Shown here one piece after another: positions 36,798 through 46,031 of a stretch of 63,778 nt of DNA; position 1 is the first letter of the stretch, and each line of letters starts with the position of its first letter. Both the position numbers and the translations under genes were made by a program. This DNA is from a virus (lineage: Duplodnaviria; Caudoviricetes): positions 1 to 63,778 of the IMG/VR virus record IMGVR_UViG_3300036766_000471; one strand, 5' to 3'. The notes beneath the pieces were generated by a model. That model worked only from the letters and a program-made list of their open reading frames with translations, was not told the origin of the DNA and did not search any database.

Positions 36798-37934
36798 CTA
36801 CGTCCTCGCGTCTGCACTCACGAGCTTGGGCACCAGCACCATGACCCCAGCCTCGATCGCTGAAGAAGCGAACTGGTTGTACGAGAGCAGCCTGCGCCAT
36901 TGGTCCGGCGTGCTGTAGTAGCGCTGCGACACGTCCCGCAGGTCCATCGGGCCCCGCGCGATGAAGACCGCGAGCAGCGCGTCGATGTCCAAGCTCGCCC
37001 GCAGGTCGTCACCCTGCGCGGAGGCGATAGCTTGCAGGGACCGCGCAGAGGCTTTGATTTCCCGCGAGAAGGTGTCGGCCTGAAGTGCATCTCCCAAGTC
37101 GAGAGCTTCCGGGGTCGATGTCTTGACCAGCTCCAGCGGCGGGAAGGCTTCCACCGTCGTGACGATGGCGCTCGCCTGCTCCTTGATACTCTCCGCTGCC
37201 GCGAGGGCTCTGGACCCGGCGTCCTGTGGGGCGGAGATGAGCTGCGTGGCATTCGAGACTGCGCTGGTCATCTCCTGCGACGCACTGTCGATGATGCTCA
37301 CCGCGTCGTTCACCTGCGACATGAAGTCTTCGACGACTTGGAACTGAAGCGTGGCGGTGTCGATTGCGGCGGAGAGTCGGGCAAACGCAGTGGCCATCGT
37401 CTTTGCGAAGGAGTCTGCCTCCGGGGGCACTGACGAAGTGACCGGGGACTGCTTCTCGCCGCGAGAAATCCACTGGAATTCCATCTCCCAGTCTAGGTCC
37501 TCGAAGCGAATCCAGTTCTGCTTGAAGCGCGTGAGGATGCCGATGCGGACCTTGGTGCCCCACGTGACCTTGACCAACCTACCCGCCAACCGCATGCGCT
37601 CCACTGCGGTGACCAACGAGTCCACGTCGGCGACCGCTTGGTCATTGAGGCGCGCCACCGCAGTGGGCTCCACGCTCACGTTGTCGTCAGTGGTGGACCG
37701 AAGGAACTTGTCCTTCCACATGCCCTTGATGGTGGTGGGCTTCTCTTCCGCACCCAGCATCTGCACCGTGGCTACCGCGTTGCCGGGGTACCACGTCGTC
37801 TCCATGCGCATCGAGCCTTCCAGCTCGAACCCTTGGTAGGGCAAAGCGCGCCCGATGAGCGTGAGGGTGTCGCCACTCGTTGTCTCACCATCTGCGGCGA
37901 GTTGCGCAATGACGAATGCCGACTGGTCCGCCAT
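36798..37934 (-). CDS. tail tube initiator with C-terminal LysM-like domain
   Basis: YPG...QMLG; DLRDVSQRYY..D.W.....N.....G..V.VP. Confidence 0.7.
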   Translation of the reverse strand: MADQSAFVIAQLAADGETTSGDTLTLIGRALPYQGFELEGSMRMETTWYPGNAVATVQMLGAEEKPTTIKGMWKDKFLRSTTDDNVSVEPTAVARLNDQAVADVDSLVTAVERMRLAGRLVKVTWGTKVRIGILTRFKQNWIRFEDLDWEMEFQWISRGEKQSPVTSSVPPEADSFAKTMATAFARLSAAIDTATLQFQVVEDFMSQVNDAVSIIDSASQEMTSAVSNATQLISAPQDAGSRALAAAESIKEQASAIVTTVEAFPPLELVKTSTPEALDLGDALQADTFSREIKASARSLQAIASAQGDDLRASLDIDALLAVFIARGPMDLRDVSQRYYSTPDQWRRLLSYNQFASSAIEAGVMVLVPKLVSADART

Positions 37935-39817
37935 CAGCGAACTCCGTTGAGAGCGTTCGTGTACGTGGAGCTGGAGCGCATCTCACCCAGCGACGAAATG
38001 TCGTTCGCGAAGGCCACTGCGATGCGGTCTGGGTCGAAGCCCTCTGCGAAGTTCTGGGTGATGTCGAAGCGCGCGTTGGGGAAGTTCATCTCCTGCTTCG
38101 AGGGCTTGGTGTCTTCCTTGTTTTTCTCTTTCTTCGCATCGGCCTCCCGCTGCGCCTTGTTGCGCGCGGTGCCCGCGTTCACGTCCTTCTGGTACTTAGC
38201 AGTCGCGCGTTCTAGGCCGCTGCCGAGAGCATCTGCCGCCGTACTGATGGCGAGAAATGCTGGGTTGTGCACCTGCATCGCAGCGTCGTAAGCCTTTTTT
38301 GCCTGCAACGCCGCTTCTATGTAGTTGCCCTTCATCAACTCCACGATTACGCCGCCAATCGCCGTGAGCATTTTAAGAAAGGGGTCGTACACGTTTTGCT
38401 TGAGCGCGAGCGGGAACTGCTTGAAGAACTCGTCAGCCATGCTGCCAAGTTCACCAATGGCATAGCCCATCAGCACCCACCCACTGACTGCCGTGTCCAC
38501 GATCTCAAAGATGGCCAGCACGAGACTGGTGGCCATGTTCGTCAGCGTGTCGAGTGTGCCCGTCCCAGCGTCGGCTGCACCAAAGAGCCTGCCCACCGCT
38601 TCAGTGATGATGTCAATTTTCGCTTTGAACTTGTCCCACAGCTCCATCAGCGCGTCACGAGCGCCGCCGATGTTCTCGGAGAAGCCGCGGAAGGCGAGGG
38701 CTGCGATGGCGACAGCGGCGCCAATGGCAAGGAGCATCGGGCCAGCAGCGGCGAGCACCTTGAGCTGCCCGCCGATGTCCCCCTCGGCTGCCTTTCCTGC
38801 CGCTTTTTTCCCCATTGCGCCAAACGGACCTCCGGCTGCCATTTTCCCGAGCATGCCAGCGGGGCTGGTGAGGCTCGCCACCATGTCGAGCATCTTCTTG
38901 CCGGTCATCACCAGCACGAAGGCTTTGGCGGCGATGACGATCGAGTCCATATGGGCCGCTACCCAGCTCATCGCGTCTTCGAGCTTCGGGAGAAACCCTT
39001 CCAGACGGTCAGCGAAGCGCTCCGCCATGTCCGCGACGATGGGGTAGAGCTTCGAGATGACCGTGACCTTGATACGGTTCCACGTGTCGCTGATGCGGTT
39101 CTGCGCGGACTCGATGCGCTTGAAGGCATCCATCTCGGTGTCGCCGATGAGGCCCTTGCCCCCAGCCTTTGCCGCACGGAGCTTCTTGGGGTCGAGCTTC
39201 CGAAGAAACTCTTCCATGTTGTTGGCCTCGCGCTGGGGAATCTTGAACTGCCCCATCAGCTCGCCAGCACCAATCTTTCCTTTCTTCACCGCATCGGACA
39301 TCGCGATGAGGGACTCAACAGGCCCCTTCTTCAGGTTCACCCCGAGGGCCTCGAACTTCTTGGCGAGCCCCGGAACTTTCCCAGCCGCAGCAGCCTGTGT
39401 CGTGGCCAGCATTGCTCCACGTCGCGAGAGCTGAAACATCGTCTGAGACATCGCGTCGTAAGCGACACCCGACCTACGTGCAGAGCTGAAAAGTAAGTCC
39501 GTTTGGCTAACCGCGGCACCGGTAAGGTTAGACACCTCCTTCAGGTTGTTCATGTACTTCTCGGTGGACTCGATCGCTGCGTGGAGCGAGAGCCCCGCGC
39601 CTACCACCGCGCTGATGCCCGCCATGCCTTGGAGAATGCCGAAGAGGTGCCCGAAAGCCCCACCTCCAGCCTCGCCGCCGTGTGCTGCGGCTTTCCCAGC
39701 GTGGTCGAGCCCTGCCGCGGTCTTCTCCGCCTGCGCTGCAATCTTGGCCAGCGGCCCGGTGGCAGCGTCGATGACCTTGAGGTGCGTCTCGATGATTTGT
39801 TCAAGCGTCTGCGCCAT
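37934..39817 (-). CDS. tape measure protein
   Basis: 627 aa Ala/Gly-rich helical; L..ID.ATGPL..I N-terminus; position. Confidence 0.85.
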   Translation of the reverse strand: MAQTLEQIIETHLKVIDAATGPLAKIAAQAEKTAAGLDHAGKAAAHGGEAGGGAFGHLFGILQGMAGISAVVGAGLSLHAAIESTEKYMNNLKEVSNLTGAAVSQTDLLFSSARRSGVAYDAMSQTMFQLSRRGAMLATTQAAAAGKVPGLAKKFEALGVNLKKGPVESLIAMSDAVKKGKIGAGELMGQFKIPQREANNMEEFLRKLDPKKLRAAKAGGKGLIGDTEMDAFKRIESAQNRISDTWNRIKVTVISKLYPIVADMAERFADRLEGFLPKLEDAMSWVAAHMDSIVIAAKAFVLVMTGKKMLDMVASLTSPAGMLGKMAAGGPFGAMGKKAAGKAAEGDIGGQLKVLAAAGPMLLAIGAAVAIAALAFRGFSENIGGARDALMELWDKFKAKIDIITEAVGRLFGAADAGTGTLDTLTNMATSLVLAIFEIVDTAVSGWVLMGYAIGELGSMADEFFKQFPLALKQNVYDPFLKMLTAIGGVIVELMKGNYIEAALQAKKAYDAAMQVHNPAFLAISTAADALGSGLERATAKYQKDVNAGTARNKAQREADAKKEKNKEDTKPSKQEMNFPNARFDITQNFAEGFDPDRIAVAFANDISSLGEMRSSSTYTNALNGVR

Positions 39818-39836
39818 CGAGACGACCTCCTTGGTC

Positions 39837-40073
39837 CTACGGTTGCTTCTCTTCTTCCAGCAACTTCGCGGTCGCGGCTACGAGCCCGTGAAGGTCATCC
39901 ATCGGCAACTCCAGACTGACGTTCGCCGGTTGATGCGCGTACCTCCCAAGAAACGCCACCTTCCTCCAGACGCGCACCGAGAGATCCCCGCGGCGCTCTT
40001 CCATCGCGTCGAGCGCGAGGGCGAGGCCAGAGAGGGTTACGCCACCCGCGTCCTCCGGCTCGCCAGAAAATCC
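39837..40073 (-). CDS. -1 frame extension of tail assembly chaperone (gpGT-like)
   Basis: 79-codon open -1 frame from GGATTTT (40073-40067) to TAG 39837. Confidence 0.6.
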   Translation of the reverse strand, partial: GFSGEPEDAGGVTLSGLALALDAMEERRGDLSVRVWRKVAFLGRYAHQPANVSLELPMDDLHGLVAATAKLLEEEKQP

Positions 40074-40396
40074 TTCTGGTCATCCTCCTTCGCCGAGTGC
40101 AGGTCGGCGTAGGCGGTCAGAATCAGCTGCCGCAACCGCGGCTCCGCGTCCTTCCAGAAGGTGTCCACCGACCCGTCGTGCGACTGGAGCGGTTTGCCGT
40201 CCGCCTCCACCAGCGCCGCCTTCGACAGCTCCATCGCGAGCTTGGCGTTGTCGCCCTTCGCGCGCTTGAAGCAGAGCAGTTCCTCTTCGGTGGTGAGCTG
40301 CACCAGCCCCACCTCCTTCACGCCGCTGGCGGCGGCGACTTCGGGAGGAACGTCGAACAGATTCACGGCGCGCGGCTTCTTCTGTGGCATCTCCAT
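40037..40396 (-). CDS. tail assembly chaperone
   Basis: Between tube and tape measure. Confidence 0.75.
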   Translation of the reverse strand: MEMPQKKPRAVNLFDVPPEVAAASGVKEVGLVQLTTEEELLCFKRAKGDNAKLAMELSKAALVEADGKPLQSHDGSVDTFWKDAEPRLRQLILTAYADLHSAKEDDQKDFLASRRTRVA

Positions 40397-40421
40397 GGTT
40401 TCAGCCTCTGGGTGCTACGGG

Positions 40422-40853
40422 TTAGAGCACCTTGAACTCGGTGCCCTTGAAGGTGAGGGTCGTCTCCGCGTAGGCGTCGCGGCTGCCGAACGAGATGCCC
40501 ATCTCGTCGAAGAAGGCGTCGTTGAGGTTGATGCGCGGACGGTCGGTGCCGTTCGGGAAGTTCAGCGTGGCCTTGATGTTGATGACCACCCCCGGAGTCC
40601 GACGCTGCGCGCGGTCCTTGACGATCTGCATGAACTTGAACAGCTCACCGTTGCTGTTGTGCATCTTCAGGTTGCCGGTGTAGCCCTTGTAGAACTCGTC
40701 GTAGCGGTTCGCCTTCTCGCCGAGATACCCCTCTTCGGTCGTCTCGGTGACGCTCATCATCTCGAACGACTGGATGTCGGTGAACACGGTGGTCACACCG
40801 TCGTGGAGCACCGAGACTTCCACTTCTTGGCCTTTAATCCTTTGGTTTGCCAC
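40422..40853 (-). CDS. tail tube protein
   Basis: 143 aa beta-rich, downstream of sheath; QRIKGQEV, YLGE. Confidence 0.75.
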   Translation of the reverse strand: MANQRIKGQEVEVSVLHDGVTTVFTDIQSFEMMSVTETTEEGYLGEKANRYDEFYKGYTGNLKMHNSNGELFKFMQIVKDRAQRRTPGVVINIKATLNFPNGTDRPRINLNDAFFDEMGISFGSRDAYAETTLTFKGTEFKVL

Positions 40854-40891
40854 TTGACCTTTTTCCTTCCTGTTTATACATTCAGCGCACC

Positions 40892-41551
40892 ATGCGCCTC
40901 ATCGATTTAACCGGAAAAACCTTCGCACGGCTCACTGTTGTCGGACTTGCTCCCGAGCGACAAAACGGACAAGCAGTCTGGGAGTGTCTGTGCGAATGCG
41001 GAAAACGCACCTTCGTTCTGAGCGATCTCCTGCGCAAGGGGCGCACAAAATCCTGTGGCTGTTGGAGAGTTGAGCACGGGCGGCGGCATGGCAGCACTGT
41101 TCAACTGAGACATGGGCATGCACGCGGGAGCGGCTCTCCGCTCTACCAAACGTGGGCGAACATGCTCTCTCGATGTCGAGACTCTAACAATGACAATTTT
41201 CGCAACTACGGTGCGAGAGGTATCACCGTCTGCGAGCGCTGGCTGACCTTCGAGAACTTCCTTGCTGATGTTGGTGAAAGACCGAGCCGCAAGCATTCCA
41301 TCGATCGCGTCAACGTCGAGGGGAACTACGAACCGGCGAACGTGCGCTGGGCTACTCGCAAAGAGCAAGCACGCAACATGCGCAGCAACCGTAACCTGAC
41401 GCTTCGTGGTGAGACAAAAACGCTGGCTGAATGGCTTGAGCTGTCTGGCACCAACCGCATGACCTTCTACCAGAGGAAACGAAAGGACTGGTCCGATGAG
41501 AAGGCAATCTTCACCCCACCTCTTCTCAAAAACGGCCTCCCTCGTCCCTGA
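40892..41551 (+). CDS. HNH homing endonuclease
   Basis: IDLTGKTFARLTV, W.C.C.CG, KSCGC, YGARGITVCERW, SIDR.N..GNYEP.NVRWAT; TTGACC-17-TACATT upstream. Confidence 0.9.
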   Translation: MRLIDLTGKTFARLTVVGLAPERQNGQAVWECLCECGKRTFVLSDLLRKGRTKSCGCWRVEHGRRHGSTVQLRHGHARGSGSPLYQTWANMLSRCRDSNNDNFRNYGARGITVCERWLTFENFLADVGERPSRKHSIDRVNVEGNYEPANVRWATRKEQARNMRSNRNLTLRGETKTLAEWLELSGTNRMTFYQRKRKDWSDEKAIFTPPLLKNGLPRP

Positions 41552-41568
41552 CATCGCGGTGTTCCTCC

Positions 41569-41620
41569 AAAAAAAACAAAAGGCACGGTTCTTCTCCGGG
41601 GGAGGGAGAAGGACCGTGCC
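41569..41620 (-). terminator. intrinsic terminator
   Basis: GGCACGGT...ACCGTGCC stem followed by TTTTGTTTTTTT. Confidence 0.75.
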
Positions 41621-41702
41621 CTATTCCCCCTGCCTCAGGCAGGGGGCGAAGCCGGTGAAACGCACCCCTGATGTTGCACGTCCCCAAGGGGGCGGTCAAG
41701 GC

Positions 41703-42740
41703 TCAGGGCGCCTGCACCACGTTCTTCATCAGCGTGTAGGCCACCGCACCGTTCGGCACCGTGGTCGGCGTGAAGGCCATGTTGGTGGCGTCAGCGGTCA
41801 TCGCCTCAGAGACGCCGCCAGCGAACAGCAGAGAGCCAGTCGGGTCGAAACCTGCGCCCAGCTTGTCGCCAGTGCCGATGCTCGCAGTGTTGAGGGTCAG
41901 CCCAGCCGACGCTTTGGACGCCGAATGTGTCGTCGCAAAGACTTTGGCCCCCACACGAACGACCCCAGAGCCGGTGGCGAAGACCTCGCTCTGCGCGGCT
42001 CCAGACTGGTCCGTGCCAACCACCGTCACGTCGCCGCCGTCCCAACCAGCGGCCATCGTGACGCGCAGGTTTCGGGATGAAGCAGGACTGACGACGGTGA
42101 AGGCGTTCCCTGTGTCACTTCCGCCTGCCAGAGCGGTGGCGATGAACTCGTCGCCGGGGACACTCAGAACCGTGGCCCCCGTACCCGCGGTGAGAATGTC
42201 GAAGAGGTCGTCAGCGCCAGCCAAGGCGGCGATGGCTGCCTCCACGTCGGCGACCGTCGAAACCCCATCCTCGAAGTGAATGGTGAACGCCGTGCCCGCC
42301 CTGCTGATGGTAACGCCTCCGGCTGGGGCAGAGTCCCCCACCGCGCGCACGGTGATGCTGTTGCCAGCCGCGCCCGCCGTGTGCGCCTGCACCACGGTGT
42401 CGAGCGCACTGCCGCCGATGGCGAGGCTTTTGGTCGCCTTGCCGCTGTTGGCTGCGAGGGCGGCTGCGACCACGGTGGCACTCTTGGCCGCGATGGCGGG
42501 GAACGAGTACAGCTTCGCGCCCGCAGGTGGGGCGTAGGAGCCGTTCACCGGAGAGATGACGAGATCGTGGTCAGAAACTTCGGTGAGTTCAAACACCTTG
42601 TCCGCGTTGAGCCCCATTCGCGCGAGAACCACGGCGGGGGTGCCCTCCAGAACCACGCTGCCCCCGCCCGGCAACGCGCCGCTGTACGGGTAGGGCAGCG
42701 TGATGGGCGTCGCGCTGCGATTGCGAATGAGAGTGGCCAC
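41703..42740 (-). CDS. Ala/Gly/Thr-rich virion protein
   Basis: GGAG RBS; A..AG.AGNSITV module; located between sheath and tube. Confidence 0.65.
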   Translation of the reverse strand: MATLIRNRSATPITLPYPYSGALPGGGSVVLEGTPAVVLARMGLNADKVFELTEVSDHDLVISPVNGSYAPPAGAKLYSFPAIAAKSATVVAAALAANSGKATKSLAIGGSALDTVVQAHTAGAAGNSITVRAVGDSAPAGGVTISRAGTAFTIHFEDGVSTVADVEAAIAALAGADDLFDILTAGTGATVLSVPGDEFIATALAGGSDTGNAFTVVSPASSRNLRVTMAAGWDGGDVTVVGTDQSGAAQSEVFATGSGVVRVGAKVFATTHSASKASAGLTLNTASIGTGDKLGAGFDPTGSLLFAGGVSEAMTADATNMAFTPTTVPNGAVAYTLMKNVVQAP

Positions 42741-42766
42741 GGTGGACTCCTATGGAGCGGGGTGAA

Positions 42767-44791
42767 TCAGGCGGTGGTGATGACCACGCCCTCGCCGATT
42801 TCGGTCTGGAAGACGATGAAGTCCGCCGAGGCCAGCGTGCGCACACGCCCGATGACCACGAAGATGCCCTTCGCTTCCAGCTCCGGCGTGTTCCCGCTCT
42901 TGTCGTCGATGACGTAGCCCACGATGCGCTGCGCAGGGGGGTTGCTGGGGGACTGGAGGATGGTGAGGAAGGCGTCGATCTCCCCCACGATGTCGTCCTT
43001 GAGCTTCGTGGTGAGCGGCTGCTTCGCGAAGTGGATGATCGACTTCGACACCGAGTCCTGAATGAAGTCCGCCATGCGGCGCCGCGCGATGTTCTTCTGC
43101 CCGCTCACCAGCGAGGTGGTGATGCCGGACTGGAAGATGGGGCCGACCGTCTTGTCCATGCGCAAGCCGCAGATGCCCGCCGCGCGCATGTTGATGTAGT
43201 CGCCCATCTTGAGCGCGGAGAGGCCGCGCTGGAGCCCGAGAATCGGAGCCAGCACCGCATCCACCGGGGGCCCACTCTGGCCGGGGTTGCGCTCCGGTGG
43301 CAGGTTGGAGAGCACAGCGGCCAGCCAGCCGTCCGCGCGGGTGTCGAGGATGCCGTCCGTCGTGTTGAGCCCGTCCGCCGTACCCAGCGTGATGTCCACC
43401 GCTTCAGGCACGAAGGTCTGCGCGCCGGGCCAGTCGTAGATGACCCGCTCGTGCCGTTGCGCACCAACGCCGGGAGAGGAATCACCTGTTGCGATTGATG
43501 CTGAGACGGTCCTGAGGTCAGGCGCAGTGCACGCCGTGCGCCCAAGGCCCACCGCGCTCGCGTTGAGCACGTGCGTCTTGAGCTGCGCTCGAATCAAACC
43601 TTGCGGAGAAGCGTCGCTGGGACTGGTGCGTGCTGAGAAAACGATGTTGATGTCACGCGCCGGAGCCACATCCTGAAGCATCGAGTCGATGGCGGTGATG
43701 TAGGCCGCATCGATCGCTGCATTGACTCCCGCCGTGTAGGGGGTGTTCGGCTGTTGAAGGTTCGCCGTGTAGGCGAATCCCGCGGTCACGTGCGATCTCA
43801 GCGTGAGGCCCGAGAGCACGTCCCACGAACTGGCGGTGACAGCTGGGGGAACGGTTGTCGGCGACAGGCTGGTCGCCGCCGCGATGAGCGCCACGGTGGG
43901 GCGGCAAGGCAGCGTGTACCCCGCGGGGTCCGTCAGCTTGGAGGGGGTGGCGAAGCCCGAGTCGGCGTCAGACCCTTGGTGGAGGCGGTACGGGAGCGCC
44001 GTGCCGGTCGTCCAGTCGAAGCTGGCCGCGTCCATCTTCTCCACCACGAGCGCTGTGGCGCTCACGGCGGTGGTGGTCACGCGGTAGGTGAAGGCATTGG
44101 CGCCCAGTGCGCCCGCGCCGCCGACCTGCCCGAGCACGAGGATGTGCCCCTTGGGAACAGGCCCGCCATTGAACGCGGTGAGGAAGTTGCCCGTGGCGCT
44201 GTTGAACGTCTGAAAGAGCGCTGGGGCACCCGAGGTCACCGCACCGTCGATCGCATTCTTGTAGTGCCCGAGCGCGGTGAAATTGATGCGCTTGCCGAGC
44301 CGCACCTTGTTCACGCCGCTGATGAACTCGCGACCGGCTTCCACACGCCCGCCCTGCAACGTCACGGAGGGAGTCGCCACCGTCGCGCTCTGGTTGGTGG
44401 GCAGGTCACGCCACGCACGTCCCGCCGCAGCTGAGGCGAGGTTCACCGGGGCGAGGATGAGGCGGGTGAACGTCTTGTTCCGCACCGCCTCGAAACCGCT
44501 GCCTCCCGTGTTTCCGAAGTCTCCCAGCGTCGCGTCCCAGCCGCCCACCTTGTCGAGCATGTCTTGCCCGGAGGTGACTTCGACGGGGCGCACGTTCGTG
44601 GTGACCAAGCCCGCCGAGTCCACCGCGGTGGCGTAGGTCATGTCGGGGAACTCACCCGCCAGACCGACCGTGCCCGACGACACGCCGTTGATTGCCCCCG
44701 GAGGCGGGAGGTCCACGATGATGACGCCCTCGATGAGGGTAATCGTCTCGACACCGGGGCTGTAGCCGTACCGCCGAATGAAGCCTGCCAT
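42767..44791 (-). CDS. contractile tail sheath protein
   Basis: 674 aa; C-terminal I.RRRM.DFI, NTPE....G.F.V...VRTL. Confidence 0.85.
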   Translation of the reverse strand: MAGFIRRYGYSPGVETITLIEGVIIVDLPPPGAINGVSSGTVGLAGEFPDMTYATAVDSAGLVTTNVRPVEVTSGQDMLDKVGGWDATLGDFGNTGGSGFEAVRNKTFTRLILAPVNLASAAAGRAWRDLPTNQSATVATPSVTLQGGRVEAGREFISGVNKVRLGKRINFTALGHYKNAIDGAVTSGAPALFQTFNSATGNFLTAFNGGPVPKGHILVLGQVGGAGALGANAFTYRVTTTAVSATALVVEKMDAASFDWTTGTALPYRLHQGSDADSGFATPSKLTDPAGYTLPCRPTVALIAAATSLSPTTVPPAVTASSWDVLSGLTLRSHVTAGFAYTANLQQPNTPYTAGVNAAIDAAYITAIDSMLQDVAPARDINIVFSARTSPSDASPQGLIRAQLKTHVLNASAVGLGRTACTAPDLRTVSASIATGDSSPGVGAQRHERVIYDWPGAQTFVPEAVDITLGTADGLNTTDGILDTRADGWLAAVLSNLPPERNPGQSGPPVDAVLAPILGLQRGLSALKMGDYINMRAAGICGLRMDKTVGPIFQSGITTSLVSGQKNIARRRMADFIQDSVSKSIIHFAKQPLTTKLKDDIVGEIDAFLTILQSPSNPPAQRIVGYVIDDKSGNTPELEAKGIFVVIGRVRTLASADFIVFQTEIGEGVVITTA

Positions 44792-44802
44792 GTGGACTCT
44801 CC

Positions 44803-45513
44803 TTACAAAACTTCGAGGTTTACTAGCACGTCAGCCCCGTCCCCAACAGCTTGGAGATCGAACGAGGGACGTGCGTCGGGGAACGAAAACAGCGTGACGA
44901 AGGGCACGCGCACCTTCAACGTGATGGTGGCAACGCGGAATCGTCGGTGCACAGACTCCGCATCATCATCAACAGCCAGCTCAGTCATCGAGTAGGTGGC
45001 GCGGCAGTTGAAGTAGTAGGGCAACTGGATGTCGAAACCGAACTTGTTGAAGTTGGGCGTGAAGGCGCGCTCCAACGCGATGATGGCGGCGGAGCGCTCT
45101 TCCGGGTCCGTGGTCCAGACTTCCACCCCGAGGTCACTGGCAAAATCACAGGGCACGATGAGGTAGCGCCCGTCCGGCTGCGGCACACGCTCGCTGGGGT
45201 CGATGGAGGGGCTCAACGACCGCGCCTCGTACACACCGGGCCCACGTAGCCCGATTTTCACAGCGGGGTAGTTGGCGCTCTCTTCCGGCTCGGCGTATTC
45301 CTCGTGCACCTGCTTGAACGCCACCTTGCGCCCACCTTCGGCGTTGATGGAGACACCCGCGAGGTACTCCGCGAGGCCGCGGCAGACCGCCAACCGGGCA
45401 TCGCACTCCTGCACTGCGTTGTGCACGATGGGCGGAGTCCGTGAGGTGACGAGGAAGGCCCGCCCCACGGGAGGCGTCGAGGTGCCCGCGGGCGGGACCA
45501 GAGGGATGGTCAT
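44803..45513 (-). CDS. tail terminator / completion protein
   Basis: Immediately before sheath; YPAV; ATGA coupling. Confidence 0.6.
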   Translation of the reverse strand: MTIPLVPPAGTSTPPVGRAFLVTSRTPPIVHNAVQECDARLAVCRGLAEYLAGVSINAEGGRKVAFKQVHEEYAEPEESANYPAVKIGLRGPGVYEARSLSPSIDPSERVPQPDGRYLIVPCDFASDLGVEVWTTDPEERSAAIIALERAFTPNFNKFGFDIQLPYYFNCRATYSMTELAVDDDAESVHRRFRVATITLKVRVPFVTLFSFPDARPSFDLQAVGDGADVLVNLEVL

Positions 45514-46031
45514 ACGGTCGGCCCCCTCGCCAGCTCCCGCTCCAGCTCCTTGCGCACCTCTTCCAAGAAGTCCCGCTCGATTTGCGGCTGCACGTTGGTC
45601 ATCACCTTGCGCCCCTGAAGCCCGCGGCGCGCGATGGCCCGAGCGATGGGGTAGGCCGCTGCCTTGGCCTCCTTCGGGGTGAGGCCCATCCGGCGCTGCG
45701 CCCACCGCTCAATCTGCTTGAGCGGCGGGAAGGTACCGGGGCGCCGTCCGTGCTCTATGACCGCAGCGTAGGGGGCTTGGTTGTACACCCGTGCACCATC
45801 AGGGAGCTGCTCCGCTTTCCATGCGCGCTTGTAGTGCCCGGTGTTCACCGCGCCGCCCTCACCCTTCATGCCGGGGTTCGCCGGGGAAGCCTGCCCAGTG
45901 GCCCGCTGGAGCGTCGAAACGGCGCGAAGGGCCCCGCGCAGGGCCCCCCGCTTCGCCGCTGTGACCAACCGCGGCCCGAGACGCTGGAAGACCGGGGCGA
46001 ACTCGGAGAGCTGGAGCCGGATGGTGGTCAT
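45510..46031 (-). CDS. HK97 gp10-like neck protein
   Basis: V.TG.Y..AW, YA.VIE.GRRPG, IARAIARRG. Confidence 0.75.
   Translation of the reverse strand: MTTIRLQLSEFAPVFQRLGPRLVTAAKRGALRGALRAVSTLQRATGQASPANPGMKGEGGAVNTGHYKRAWKAEQLPDGARVYNQAPYAAVIEHGRRPGTFPPLKQIERWAQRRMGLTPKEAKAAAYPIARAIARRGLQGRKVMTNVQPQIERDFLEEVRKELERELARGPTV

Noticed and set aside
31431-44791. Tailocin or extracellular contractile injection system
   Set aside because: Portal, scaffold, capsid and neck genes are present, so this is a phage virion module.
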